Below, piece by piece: positions 20,120 to 30,540 of a stretch of 64,000 bases of DNA (position 1 is its first letter; each line of letters starts with the position of its first letter). The stretch covers positions 32,001 through 96,000 of the forward strand of contig JAWOEX010000032.1 in NCBI GenBank assembly GCA_046482545.1, written 5' to 3'. Position numbers and translations under genes: made by a program. The notes under the pieces were generated by a model. That model worked only from the letters and a program-made list of their open reading frames with translations. It did not search any database and was not told the origin of the DNA. The DNA comes from Candidatus Thorarchaeota archaeon (GTDB taxonomy: Archaea; Asgardarchaeota; Thorarchaeia; Thorarchaeales; Thorarchaeaceae).

Positions 20120-20797
20120 ATGCCAAACCAGAAATATGACCTACATGTACACTCGAAGTACTCGGATGGGACGTGTTCCATTGCCGACATCATCAAGAAG
20201 GCAAAAGAGAGGCGGCTAGCAATTATAGCAATTACAGATCATTTTTGGCCTTCGCGTGGATCGCAAAGGGGCGGCCTAGGTCTCATTCGACAACGTAGAA
20301 GAGAGATTGAGGAGTATCAGTCTGTGAATCACAAAATGCGAATTCTTGACGGCGCAGAAGTCGATATTCTTTCTGATGGAGAATTGGCTGAGGTTTCTGG
20401 AGGTCGTGACCAATTTGATCTTCTCATTGGGTCTGTTCATTGGGCTAGTGACTCCACCACGTGGGCTTCAGCTGTTATTCGCGCCGCCTCGAGATACGAT
20501 TTCGACATATTAGGTCACTATGACGGTTATCTGACTTCATATCGCGAAGAGGATGGCAAGAAAGTCGCCCAAACACTCGCGGACAATGATATCACAGTGG
20601 AGATCAGTACTCGATATCCGCCGCGTTATGAAAGCTTTCTTGCGTATGCAAAACATGCAGGGTGCTCATTTGTGTTTGGCAGTGATGCCCATATGACGAA
20701 GGAGATTGGCCGAATGAAAGAAACTCAACGACTGGCTGCTGCTCTAGGGTTAGAGATACTTCCTTCAAATCAGGTTATGAAGAAGTTCTGCCAATAA
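20120..20797 (+). CDS. PHP-family metallo-phosphoesterase
   Basis: DLHVHSKYSDG, ITDH, GAEVD, LGH, GSDAH. Confidence 0.9.
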   Translation: MPNQKYDLHVHSKYSDGTCSIADIIKKAKERRLAIIAITDHFWPSRGSQRGGLGLIRQRRREIEEYQSVNHKMRILDGAEVDILSDGELAEVSGGRDQFDLLIGSVHWASDSTTWASAVIRAASRYDFDILGHYDGYLTSYREEDGKKVAQTLADNDITVEISTRYPPRYESFLAYAKHAGCSFVFGSDAHMTKEIGRMKETQRLAAALGLEILPSNQVMKKFCQ

Positions 20798-21073
20798 CGT
20801 TCTTCCCGCAATTGGAAAAACAGGTTACAGTCGGTTGATGCTTGGTAGGCTCATAGGCGATGTTGATTTGGATACCGATGACTATGAAGCAAGAGTAGAG
20901 TTACCATCCGGCACTGTTGTCCACAAGAGAAATGAGGACAGGAACAGTAAGAGTTCGCTGCGCAAATTATTCTAAAGGCGATTTTGACGACCGCATGGCT
21001 AACTCACCAAACGAGTACGGTCCACCAACTTCTCCTCAACAGGTCTGCTCGATGCAGTCTCTATACGATCCTG

Positions 21074-21772
21074 TCATACTTGAATGAACAACATTGCAAA
21101 TAGAACCAGCCCATTCATCACGCCATAGAGTACGGCCAAGGAGACTAGAATCTCAACTATCTTCGTCTTGGAAGTAACACAGGGTAACAGGAAACCAACT
21201 TCATCTCTATACTCGCTCCATTTGCTTCCGTACGTCTCTGATAGATACATCTCTTCAATTGAAGCCAGAATGACATAGGCGACAAGCATCAGGAACCAAA
21301 CTAAGATTGCAGGTTGAATACCTATCCATCCGAGCTCGTCGTAGTTCATCAGAACCCATACTCTTCGATTTGTTAGTGCGGCAGTGAAAAGAACTAGTCC
21401 TAGATATTGAGGATGACGCACTAGCCGGTATGGTCCTTCTGAAACCATGCCATTGGTCTTGTTTCTGTGGAGAAAAACAACCGAGCATAGCACGAGTCCA
21501 CAGCCTATCAGAATGACCGCGATATCAAGCACAGAACTCACTAGAAACAAGTCCGTCAATACTACATGAATCTCCGGTTGAATCGTAAAAATCGTTATGA
21601 GATAGAGGAAAAACGGAAAAGTCATGGCCCCCATCCAAACTCCAGTAGATACTACTGGTGTGAACCAAGGGAGTAGGTATGCGACTGCGCGTACCCCTTT
21701 TATCTTAGCTCTTCCAACTACCCCCGATTCATCAACCTTTTGAGTTGTTTCTACATCACTCACCTTCCACAC
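21074..21772 (-). CDS. Isoprenylcysteine carboxylmethyltransferase / PEMT family membrane protein
   Basis: GPYRLVRHPQYLG, EEMYL..YG..W..Y. Confidence 0.85.
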   Translation of the reverse strand: MWKVSDVETTQKVDESGVVGRAKIKGVRAVAYLLPWFTPVVSTGVWMGAMTFPFFLYLITIFTIQPEIHVVLTDLFLVSSVLDIAVILIGCGLVLCSVVFLHRNKTNGMVSEGPYRLVRHPQYLGLVLFTAALTNRRVWVLMNYDELGWIGIQPAILVWFLMLVAYVILASIEEMYLSETYGSKWSEYRDEVGFLLPCVTSKTKIVEILVSLAVLYGVMNGLVLFAMLFIQV

Positions 21773-21898
21773 CGAAGTATACTACGAGCCTATGTTTATG
21801 TATGATTTGTTTTGCTTACCGCCTTCCGTTTTCATTCAGAATGCTTATCACCTCGAATCAAGTATAGATATGATTGGTATTCCCTATGGTGATGTGCA

Positions 21899-22318
21899 AT
21901 GAACGATGAGAAGTTTCTTTTTCCATCTCAAGAATGGATTGAAAGATATAAACAAATCCTGAACGAGAACGAAGCCTATCAAGACGCGGCAAGCGATTGG
22001 GAGGGTGATTTTATATTCGAGGTTGAGCCCGATGGTGACATCATAGAAGAACCAATCCGCTTCTATTTGGACCTGTGGCACGGGAAATGTCGAGGTGCGG
22101 AAATGGTCGAGGGTGAAAAATCGGCCGAATTCACCTATTCTGGATCGTACAAGAACTGGAAGCTACTTTTTGAGGGCGAAATCGGGCCCATTCGTGGTTT
22201 GATGTCTAGGAAATTCAAGCTTGAAGGCGAAATGTCCAAGATTATGCGGTATACGAAGGCTGCAAGCGAACTTGTAAGTACAGCAACTAAAGTGCCCACG
22301 AAGTATCTTGATGAATAG
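21899..22318 (+). CDS. SCP2 sterol/lipid-binding domain protein
   Basis: FPSQEW..Y..AASDWEGD; WKLLFEGEIGPIRGLMSRKFKLEG. Confidence 0.88.
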   Translation: MNDEKFLFPSQEWIERYKQILNENEAYQDAASDWEGDFIFEVEPDGDIIEEPIRFYLDLWHGKCRGAEMVEGEKSAEFTYSGSYKNWKLLFEGEIGPIRGLMSRKFKLEGEMSKIMRYTKAASELVSTATKVPTKYLDE

Positions 22319-22666
22319 TATTGCTAGGGGTCTGGATTCTGCTCATTATCCGCATCTTTGATGAAAGATAGAAGCTTCTCTGCTACTCCAACAACCTGTC
22401 GCGAATGAATCAATACTGTTCTCACTTGAATTCGATGTTATATTCACGATTTGCAACCATTCTCTGAACGAAAGAAGACCAAAATGATGGTCACCTTGTT
22501 CCAAATTTTGCATATTCGGTGACCAGACAACTATGCTTTGAGGACGGATAAATGAATTAAAGGGATTTGCAACGACATGGCTCAGAAACGACGAGAAGAT
22601 TATTAGTTCGGATTGAGCTACATATAATGTCTGCTGTAAAACGTTCTGTATTGGAGTGAAACAAGT

Positions 22667-24493
22667 ATGCAAACCCTCAAACAATTCAATAGAAAGAAAC
22701 AGCTATTCATTCTCTGTTTGATTCTGATTGGGTCTTCTGCATTGCTAGGCCATGGTATTCAACGGAATTTTGGTTCTATTGATGTGGAATACATTCGCAT
22801 AGTAGATGAGAACGGACTGGCTGTTGCTGGAAAACTATATCGTCCGGATACAGCGACCAAAGATGATCCAGCACCGGCAGTCTTACTACTTCATGGGATG
22901 AACAACGACAAAGATACTGAAGGCCCTGCCGCGCTTGAGCTTGCTAAACGAGGAATCGTTGCATTTGCCCTTGATGAGATAAGCCATGGCGATTCTGATC
23001 GAATCATAGATGTCCTAGGCTACCTGAGTGGAACGTCGTTGCAAACTCTCGGTGGAAATGCAGCTTATCACTGGCTGAAGACCCTTGGTTTCGTTGATGC
23101 CACACAGATAGGCCTTGTTGGGCATTCGATGGGTGCTAGTACAGCAAGTGCGATAGCTGAATTAAATCCAGATCACCGAGCAGTTGCGATTCAGGCAGAT
23201 GGACCCTACAATCTAACAGACCATGATTACATGACCAACTATCTTGCTGTCTGGTCATTCTACGAGGAGCTCTTCACAACGCAGGCCAGAGACGAATTTC
23301 TTGCTGATAGTCTTGAGATGATTGCACAGAATGAAGGCCTTTCGAATCCTGATGCTGCACAAGTTGACTATACCTATGGAGATTTTGAAAATGGTTCAGC
23401 CCATAGATACGCCAAATGTCCATGCACCCATCCAGGAGCAACCTGGAATCAAAAGGGCGTAGCAGAAATCACAGCATGGATGCTTCAAGCTCTGATGGGC
23501 TATTCAGAATCAGAAGCGTGGGCTGTTTCGGGAGTGAACACTCAGACATACATGATACGAGAAGGTGCAACACTCTTTGCTCTGATTGTTTCAGTTCTCT
23601 CGTTGATACCTCTGGCTGGTATTCTTTTAGAAGTACCATACTTCAGTAAGATTGCTAGGCCCCTTCCTGAACGAATACCAACGAAAGGGAAGGAGTGGTG
23701 GGCCTTTGCCTTGTTGAACGCAATAATAGCTGGTGTGACTTATCATATTTTACCAAACTTAGGGATGCAGATTGGGGTAGTTCTTGGTAGTATTGCGCCA
23801 ATCTTTCTTCTTGTCACAGGAAACGGTTTACTGCTATGGTTTCTAGTTAATGCCATAATAGCGTGGATCTTCTTCAAGTACTGGTTCAAAAAACAATCCG
23901 GTGGAGAAGATGGAATCACCTATGCCGATGTGGGCCGCTTTAAGTCAATAAGAGACCCTGAGAATCGAGGCATAATCTTCAGAACAATTCTGTTATCAGT
24001 TGTCTTGTTTGGATATCTGTATGTGCTTGTTTCGCTCTCCCAATTTTTCTTGGGTATTGAGTTCAGGTACATGTGGCCTGTTTTCAAGTCGTTTACACCT
24101 GAGAGATTTGGCCAATTCCTAGTCTATATTCTGCCTGTATTGCCTTTCTTCCTCCTCAACGGAGGGGTTTTTGCATTCGGCATGCTACGACAGTCCGAGT
24201 ATGGCTCATCGGTAAAGACCCAGCTGATTTGGTGGATCAAGATAGTATTGGCGATGGAATCTGTGCTTCTGATTATGATTCTCGTCAACTATCTGCCTAT
24301 GTTCCTGTTCGGAACAGGTCCAATTCTTCTAATGGGCCTTTATGGAATCTTTCTGATGGCATACCTACCCATTTTCGCGGGGATATTCTTCATAATGACT
24401 GCATTCTATCAGCAGACAGGCAGAATATACCTGGGTGCAATAACTGCAACACTGTTAGTAGCGTGGATAATGACAGCTGGAATGCTAATTTAA
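22667..24493 (+). CDS. Membrane-bound alpha/beta hydrolase (extracellular hydrolase domain + multi-TM C-terminus)
   Basis: LLHG, GHSMG nucleophile elbow; about 8 C-terminal TM segments. Confidence 0.85.
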   Translation: MQTLKQFNRKKQLFILCLILIGSSALLGHGIQRNFGSIDVEYIRIVDENGLAVAGKLYRPDTATKDDPAPAVLLLHGMNNDKDTEGPAALELAKRGIVAFALDEISHGDSDRIIDVLGYLSGTSLQTLGGNAAYHWLKTLGFVDATQIGLVGHSMGASTASAIAELNPDHRAVAIQADGPYNLTDHDYMTNYLAVWSFYEELFTTQARDEFLADSLEMIAQNEGLSNPDAAQVDYTYGDFENGSAHRYAKCPCTHPGATWNQKGVAEITAWMLQALMGYSESEAWAVSGVNTQTYMIREGATLFALIVSVLSLIPLAGILLEVPYFSKIARPLPERIPTKGKEWWAFALLNAIIAGVTYHILPNLGMQIGVVLGSIAPIFLLVTGNGLLLWFLVNAIIAWIFFKYWFKKQSGGEDGITYADVGRFKSIRDPENRGIIFRTILLSVVLFGYLYVLVSLSQFFLGIEFRYMWPVFKSFTPERFGQFLVYILPVLPFFLLNGGVFAFGMLRQSEYGSSVKTQLIWWIKIVLAMESVLLIMILVNYLPMFLFGTGPILLMGLYGIFLMAYLPIFAGIFFIMTAFYQQTGRIYLGAITATLLVAWIMTAGMLI

Positions 24494-24504
24494 CACGTGA
24501 TGAT

Positions 24505-24538
24505 GAAGGGATTTCGGTCCCTTCTTCTTTCCTTTTTT
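24505..24538 (+). terminator. Hairpin + T-tract terminator
   Basis: GAAGGGA-TTTCGG-TCCCTTC then TTCTTTCCTTTTTT. Confidence 0.65.
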
Positions 24539-24640
24539 GTAAATACACAGAAATGACTAGTTCATGGATTCATCTAGTGACAGTGAATACTTTGGGACAA
24601 TGAGGAATATGTCTAAAGGGCGGGAATCCTATTATAAGAT

Positions 24641-25729
24641 ATGCCCCGATTGAAGACATCTTTGAATGACATGCTGAATATCGAACATCCTATACTCCAA
24701 GGTGGGATGGGCCCTTACAAAACGGAGAACCTTGCAATCGCTGTTTCGAAAGCAGGTGCGTTAGGGGTAGTTAGCAGCATTGGAATGGCGGCCTCCCTTT
24801 TACCTGATGCTGCTCCCATAGACTCTGAGAAGATGTTCGGGCCTGACCCACCCAAAGTGCTTCTACAGAAGTCACTTGAGGCTGTTACAGACGCTCTCAA
24901 GGGTACAGATGCTGTCTTTGGAGTGAATGTCCCCGTTGCATCCGAATTTATTCTTGCTTCAAAGATGTTTGTGGAGCAGACCATTGAGGCCATTGAGAGC
25001 GATTCCGATATTGAGAAGCACTTACGAGTTCTAGTTACTTCTGCGGGAAATCCAGCCCCTTGGTCTGAAGTCAAGAAGCATGGACTAACGTGGATACACG
25101 TTGTCCCATCGGTATACCATGCAAAGAAAGCAGAGAAATCTGGAGCTGACATCATTGTCGCTTCAGGCCACGAGGGCGGTGCTCACATCTCTTGGGATCC
25201 AGTACACTCTATGGTTCTCGTGCCAGCCGTTGCCCGAGCAGTCGACACGCCGATCGTTGCTGCGGGTGGTTTCTGCGATGGTAATTCCATGGCTGCTGCT
25301 CTGTGTCTTGGTGCAGTTGGGATTCAGATGGGAACTCGTTTCATAGCAACAAAGGAAAGCGATTTCCAAGATATCTGGAAGGAACAAATCCTCCAAAAGG
25401 AAGAGCGTGAGACTCTAGCCGGCCGCGGTATTTTTGGCCCAATGCGTTTTCTCAGGAATCAAAGAGCCGAATCGATAGTGAAACAGACATTGAATGACCT
25501 TCCCAGTTTCTATCTTGGGAAGCCTGTTGAATCAAACGAGAAGATACTCCAATCCGAACGTGCCGGTTTCGAGGATTTACTAGAAAGAAAGGCTGACACC
25601 GCTCTTATGTTTGGAGGTGAAGTCATCGGAAGAATCGATACTCTTCTGAGTGTCGAACAACTCGTGAAGGAAATCATAGATGAAGCAACTTCCGTTCTTC
25701 ATAATCTACCAAGTCAGGTCATCGAATAG
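24641..25729 (+). CDS. Nitronate monooxygenase / FabK-like flavin oxidoreductase
   Basis: HPILQGGMG, GHEGGAH, AAGG..DG, GIQMGTRFIAT.ES. Confidence 0.9.
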   Translation: MPRLKTSLNDMLNIEHPILQGGMGPYKTENLAIAVSKAGALGVVSSIGMAASLLPDAAPIDSEKMFGPDPPKVLLQKSLEAVTDALKGTDAVFGVNVPVASEFILASKMFVEQTIEAIESDSDIEKHLRVLVTSAGNPAPWSEVKKHGLTWIHVVPSVYHAKKAEKSGADIIVASGHEGGAHISWDPVHSMVLVPAVARAVDTPIVAAGGFCDGNSMAAALCLGAVGIQMGTRFIATKESDFQDIWKEQILQKEERETLAGRGIFGPMRFLRNQRAESIVKQTLNDLPSFYLGKPVESNEKILQSERAGFEDLLERKADTALMFGGEVIGRIDTLLSVEQLVKEIIDEATSVLHNLPSQVIE

Positions 25730-25836
25730 AATTGCATCTATTCTCCTCAACACGTCAGACATATAGGGCCGCTTTGGTATGGTGAATTGGATAGTCCATG
25801 AGATGAAAGGAAAAAGGAAATGGAGCATGGTATGAA

Positions 25837-27012
25837 ATGCCTTGGTGGTTTATCGTTCCGAAGATTGCGTTCGGTGATGATGCACTTGACGAACTTACCG
25901 AATTGAAGGGGAAGAAGGCCTTCATTGTCACGGATCCAAATATCAACAAGATGGGGTTACCCGAGCAGATTTGTGACTTGTTGGTAGGCGGACAATGGGA
26001 AGCGGCGATTTGGGATCGAGCAGAACCCGACCCGCGAGTTTCAGTTGTGAAAGCAGCGGCAAAAGCCATGCGACACTTCGGACCCGATTGGATAGTGGCT
26101 GTTGGTGGAGGTAGTGTCATTGATACTGCAAAAGCCGCTTGGATTCTCTATGAGAATCCCGATGTAGACTTGGCAGCTGTTACCCCTCTTGAGCCCCTCG
26201 ATTTGAGAAACAAGAGTCATCTTCTATGCATACCGACTACAGCCGGCACAGGTTCTGAAGCAACAAAGGCGGTAGTCATCAGAGAGGACGAGACGGGCAG
26301 AAAATTTGCTACGAATAATAACGATCTGGTCCCTGATGTGGCTATTCTGGACCCAGCGCTTGTCAGTGACCTTCCCAAGGACCTCACCGCATACACTGGC
26401 TTAGATGCTCTGACTCATGCAATCGAGGCTTACACTTCAAGATGGAATAATGATTACTCAGATGCATGTGCAATCCAATCTGTCAGAATGGTGTTTGAGT
26501 GGTTGCCAAGGAGTGTGGCCAGCTTGGGAGATGAACAAGCTCGGGAGAAAATGCTTATTGCTGCAAACTTGGCTGGAATGGCTTTCAGCAATTCCCAAGT
26601 ATGTCTGGCTCATTCTCTGGGACACTGCATGGGTTCTGTTCTTGAAATTCATCACGGGATGGCCGTCGGTATAGCTCTTCCGTACACCATTGAATACAAT
26701 TCCTTTGAGAGCCCGGATACTGCTGAAATGTACGCCGAACTTGCCGGCTTTATTGGTGTCAGAGAGAAGGACAATAGAGCTAGTTCTCTTGCATTGGCTC
26801 GGGAAATCAGGGAATTGCAGGAACAAGTAGGAGCGCCCACCAACTTGAGGGAGGCTGGAGTGGACAGAGATATGTTAGAAGAAGGTTTAGACAAACTCGT
26901 TGAGTTTACCATGATGGATTCAAGTATCACAATGAATCCCCGTGACATTGACAGCAAGGGGATTCGACTGATGTATCGCTACATGCATGAGGGTAAATCA
27001 ATAGATTTCTGA
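25837..27012 (+). CDS. Iron-containing alcohol dehydrogenase
   Basis: GGGSVID, PTTAGTGSE, DALTHAIEAY, AHSLGH, HG. Confidence 0.93.
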   Translation: MPWWFIVPKIAFGDDALDELTELKGKKAFIVTDPNINKMGLPEQICDLLVGGQWEAAIWDRAEPDPRVSVVKAAAKAMRHFGPDWIVAVGGGSVIDTAKAAWILYENPDVDLAAVTPLEPLDLRNKSHLLCIPTTAGTGSEATKAVVIREDETGRKFATNNNDLVPDVAILDPALVSDLPKDLTAYTGLDALTHAIEAYTSRWNNDYSDACAIQSVRMVFEWLPRSVASLGDEQAREKMLIAANLAGMAFSNSQVCLAHSLGHCMGSVLEIHHGMAVGIALPYTIEYNSFESPDTAEMYAELAGFIGVREKDNRASSLALAREIRELQEQVGAPTNLREAGVDRDMLEEGLDKLVEFTMMDSSITMNPRDIDSKGIRLMYRYMHEGKSIDF

Positions 27013-27022
27013 GGTTGTTCAT

Positions 27023-28843
27023 TTGGATGGCTATCGAGGGAAGATACTCCGGATAAATCTTTCATCTCAGAACATATCAGACTATCAATTGGATGAAGAT
27101 TTGACTAGAGACTTTCTCGGAGGCTGCGGCTTAGGTTCTCGGCTTCTATATGATTGCATCACCAAATCTACAGATCCTCTGGGCCCGGAAAATCCCCTTC
27201 TGTTCATAACTGGCCCTTTTTGTGGTACAAGAGTCCCGACTGGCAGCAAAGCGACAGTGTGCGCCAAATCTCCACAGACCCGGCTCTTGGGCTACAGTAC
27301 GTTTGGGGGGCATCTGGGTGCTGATATCAGATTTGCTGGATATGACGGGTTGATGATAGAAGGAGCTTCAAGGAGCCCGGTCTACCTGCTTGTTGAAGAC
27401 TCACACGTGGAAATAAGAGATGCTGCGCATCTTTGGGGAATGGATACACAAGAGGTCTGGGAATCACTGAAAGAAGAAACAGGCCACAAAAGGGCAGGAG
27501 TAGCAAGAATTGGCATTGCAGGAGAGAATCTTGTCAAGTTCGCTAATATCATGATAGACCACTACAGAGCAGCAGGGCGAACGGGTATGGGGGCGGTAAT
27601 GGGTTCAAAACAGCTTAAGGCTGTCATAGTTCACGGTACGCAACGAGATATTCCCGTGGCTAAGCCAAACGAATTATCGGAGTTTGTGACCGCCCTCAAT
27701 CAAGAGAACAGAAGTAATCCGACTCTCAATATGTATTCAGAAGTGGGAACTGCGGGCTTTGTTGATATGGCCACTATGATGTATGGTTCGCTTCCCGTGA
27801 AATACTACACGGAATCGGAATTTGATGCATATTCCATCAGTGGGAGTACGGTAAAGGAAACGATTCTGACCGGGAAGAAGGCATGTTATAGATGTCCTAT
27901 CGGGTGTGGAAGAGTAATCGAAATTGACGAGGGTGAGTTTGCCACCGGCGAGTTTGTAGGTCCTGAATTAGAGGTCACCGGTACTTTGGGCACGCTTATC
28001 ATGAATGACAACCTCCAAGCTCTATCACTTGCTAACAAGAGACTTGACCTTCTTGGGATGGACACTATATCAGCTGGGAATATCATCGCCTTTGCTTACT
28101 ACCTATTTGACCAAGGAATCGCATCAAAGGATGATCTTGATGGTATTGCCCCCGAGTGGGGTGATATCGACGCAGCCCTTGCCTTCATGGAAGATATTGC
28201 ATCACGAGATGGAATTGGAGATTTGATGGCCCAAGGCAGTGTTGAATTTGGCCGGCATTTCGGGGCGGAGGATCTTGCGGCCCAAGTCAATGGATTAGAG
28301 CTACCACAACATGACCCGAGAGCTTTTTCTGGGATGACAATCGCTTATACCACTTCACCAAGAGGGGCCTGTCACATGACCGCTGACATGTACAACGTTC
28401 AGATGGGGGTCTCATATCCTGAATTTGGAATCGAAAGCAAAGACCGATTCGCAAATGAAGCAAAGATTGCTGCGCGATTACAGAATTTCCGTTCAGTGAC
28501 CAATTCCGCGGTTATCTGCAATTTCTACCCTGTACAAGGCGAGCAACTTGGCAGACTTCTTGAACTCGTAACCGGCCGGGCCTTCACATTGGACGAACTC
28601 AATCTTATTGGTGAGAGAATTTTCACCCTGCAGCGCATGTTGAATCTCAATCTTGGATACAATCCATCAGCCGAGGAATTACCTCAGATAGTGATGAATC
28701 CACTCGATGGTCCCACGGAAGGATATGTTCCGGATGTCGAAGAACAGCTCGAACTCTGGTATGAGATTCGTGATTGGGATCGAAAGACAGGTCAACCCAG
28801 CAAAGACAAACTCAAAACCCTCGGACTGTCTAATTTGGTTTAG
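27023..28843 (+). CDS. aor: Tungsten-dependent aldehyde:ferredoxin oxidoreductase
   Basis: KSPQT, AAGRTGMGAVMGSK, CYRCPIGC, GMDTIS, HDPR, RGACH. Confidence 0.93.
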   Translation: MDGYRGKILRINLSSQNISDYQLDEDLTRDFLGGCGLGSRLLYDCITKSTDPLGPENPLLFITGPFCGTRVPTGSKATVCAKSPQTRLLGYSTFGGHLGADIRFAGYDGLMIEGASRSPVYLLVEDSHVEIRDAAHLWGMDTQEVWESLKEETGHKRAGVARIGIAGENLVKFANIMIDHYRAAGRTGMGAVMGSKQLKAVIVHGTQRDIPVAKPNELSEFVTALNQENRSNPTLNMYSEVGTAGFVDMATMMYGSLPVKYYTESEFDAYSISGSTVKETILTGKKACYRCPIGCGRVIEIDEGEFATGEFVGPELEVTGTLGTLIMNDNLQALSLANKRLDLLGMDTISAGNIIAFAYYLFDQGIASKDDLDGIAPEWGDIDAALAFMEDIASRDGIGDLMAQGSVEFGRHFGAEDLAAQVNGLELPQHDPRAFSGMTIAYTTSPRGACHMTADMYNVQMGVSYPEFGIESKDRFANEAKIAARLQNFRSVTNSAVICNFYPVQGEQLGRLLELVTGRAFTLDELNLIGERIFTLQRMLNLNLGYNPSAEELPQIVMNPLDGPTEGYVPDVEEQLELWYEIRDWDRKTGQPSKDKLKTLGLSNLV

Positions 28844-28902
28844 TTGTCGTGTTCAGTTGAAGTCCTATTCCTTTGCTCGGAAGGCATAGACTAGGTCTTG
28901 CA

Positions 28903-30405
28903 CTATTGACCGGTTTCCGGCAGTTTTGTCACAATCGTTTGAAGCAGCTCATATATCTTGGCTACATCTTCAATTCGCACCCTCTCATCTGGAGTGTGGG
29001 GGTTTTCTATTGTTGGCCCGATAGATACCGTCTGCATTCCAGGGATTTTTGCTCCAATAAGACCACATTCAAGTCCTGCATGTACTGCTTCAATGACGAT
29101 CTCCTCACCGGTGGTTTCCGCATACTGCTTCTTTACAAACTTCAGGAACGGGCTCTTCGGTTTTGGTGTCCACCCGGGATATGCTTGCTGCAACTCGACT
29201 TCCCACTCACCAAGACGTCCGAGATCAGCCAACCTTCTTCTCAGAGCGTCAAGTTCAGAATCGATATTGCTTCGAGATGACAGATGGAACAGCAATTCTC
29301 TCTCGTCTGTACTGATAATCGCGAAATTATTAGATAATTCCACAAGACCTTCGATAGCAGGCGAAAACCGAATTGGGCCATGGGGTATTGCGTTAGCTGT
29401 TTCGATTATGACTTTCGACTCTTCAACATTGCTTAATGGCTCTGAGTCAGTTTCATCCCAAGATATCGAGATATTAGGTTCAAGTGGCTCATCTTCTTCG
29501 TGATAATATGACAATAACTGCTTCTTTTCTTCCTCAAGCACAAACGAAGCTTTATCCTTGTCATCAGCATTAACTGCGAATAGAACGACAGAATCACGTG
29601 CTATCGCGTTGTGTTTGCTTCCTCCATTCCATCGAGATAACCTGACTGGAATCTCTTCGGCGACAGCCGAGAGCATCCTGGCGACTAATTTGTTTGCGTT
29701 GGCTCGGGGCTGATGAATGTCAACCCCCGAATGCCCTCCAAGCAATCCTGAAACCTTCAGCTCCATATATTGCCCCTTCTTGTCGGTTTCTTCCAAATCC
29801 AGTTTGCGGGTGAGTTTAGTATTCCCTCCACCCGCGGCGCCGATAGTAATGTGATACATATCTTCTGTATCAATGTTGATCATCAGTTTGCTTGCGATTG
29901 GCAACTTGTCTACGTCAAGTCCGAAGGCTCCCGTTAGTCCTGTTTCTTCATCGACTGTTAGCAGAACCTCAATTGGACCGTGAGAGAGGTCTTCTTCAAT
30001 CAGCAGAGCCAAAGCAAGTGCTACTCCAATTCCGTTATCCGCACCCAGCGTAGTGCCCTCTGCATCAACCCACTCTCCATTTTCCTGTATTCTCACGGGG
30101 ATTGGTTCAGTATCAAAATCGAATCCATCGGGCCTGTCAGTTTCTGCAACTATGTCCATATGGCCCTGTAATAGCAATGGTGGTGCATGTTGCATATCAT
30201 CTGTAGCAGGCTTTTGGATTAGGATGTTGCCAACATCGTCTTCATAGATGCTTATCTCTAGATTCTTCGTCTCTGATTTTTCCTTTACCCATTTCTTGAT
30301 AGCTTTTCTGACTTTATCCTCCTTCTTGGACTCTCTTGGTGTTTGAGATAGAAGATTCTCGAAAATTTCCCAGACGACTGTTGGTTCAAGCTGCTCTAAG
30401 ACCAT
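28903..30405 (-). CDS. pepD: Aminoacyl-histidine dipeptidase (M20C)
   Basis: LQGHMD, TTLGADNGIG, DEETG, GGHSG, HAGLECG, PHTPDE. Confidence 0.93.
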   Translation of the reverse strand: MVLEQLEPTVVWEIFENLLSQTPRESKKEDKVRKAIKKWVKEKSETKNLEISIYEDDVGNILIQKPATDDMQHAPPLLLQGHMDIVAETDRPDGFDFDTEPIPVRIQENGEWVDAEGTTLGADNGIGVALALALLIEEDLSHGPIEVLLTVDEETGLTGAFGLDVDKLPIASKLMINIDTEDMYHITIGAAGGGNTKLTRKLDLEETDKKGQYMELKVSGLLGGHSGVDIHQPRANANKLVARMLSAVAEEIPVRLSRWNGGSKHNAIARDSVVLFAVNADDKDKASFVLEEEKKQLLSYYHEEDEPLEPNISISWDETDSEPLSNVEESKVIIETANAIPHGPIRFSPAIEGLVELSNNFAIISTDERELLFHLSSRSNIDSELDALRRRLADLGRLGEWEVELQQAYPGWTPKPKSPFLKFVKKQYAETTGEEIVIEAVHAGLECGLIGAKIPGMQTVSIGPTIENPHTPDERVRIEDVAKIYELLQTIVTKLPETGQ

Positions 30406-30540
30406 AATTGGTGACCATCCGCCGCAAAGATAGGGCCAGCTCTACCACTTTAGGTTTTTGATAACATGAAGAATTCGATGAGATTCATCTAGACATACTT
30501 TTGAGGGAGTATACAATAACCCCTTGTTGGCGAAGATACC

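Noticed and set aside
20838-20975. 45-aa ORF MLGRLIGDVDLDTDD..
   Set aside because: Short with no recognisable motif; cannot be supported
21074-21772. ICMT-like gene as evidence for prenylation of the Rab-like protein
   Set aside because: The family is widespread in prokaryotes and the Rab-like domain has no C-terminal Cys motif
22346-22684. 112-aa minus-strand ORF
   Set aside because: Overlaps the promoter and start of the hydrolase; no family signal
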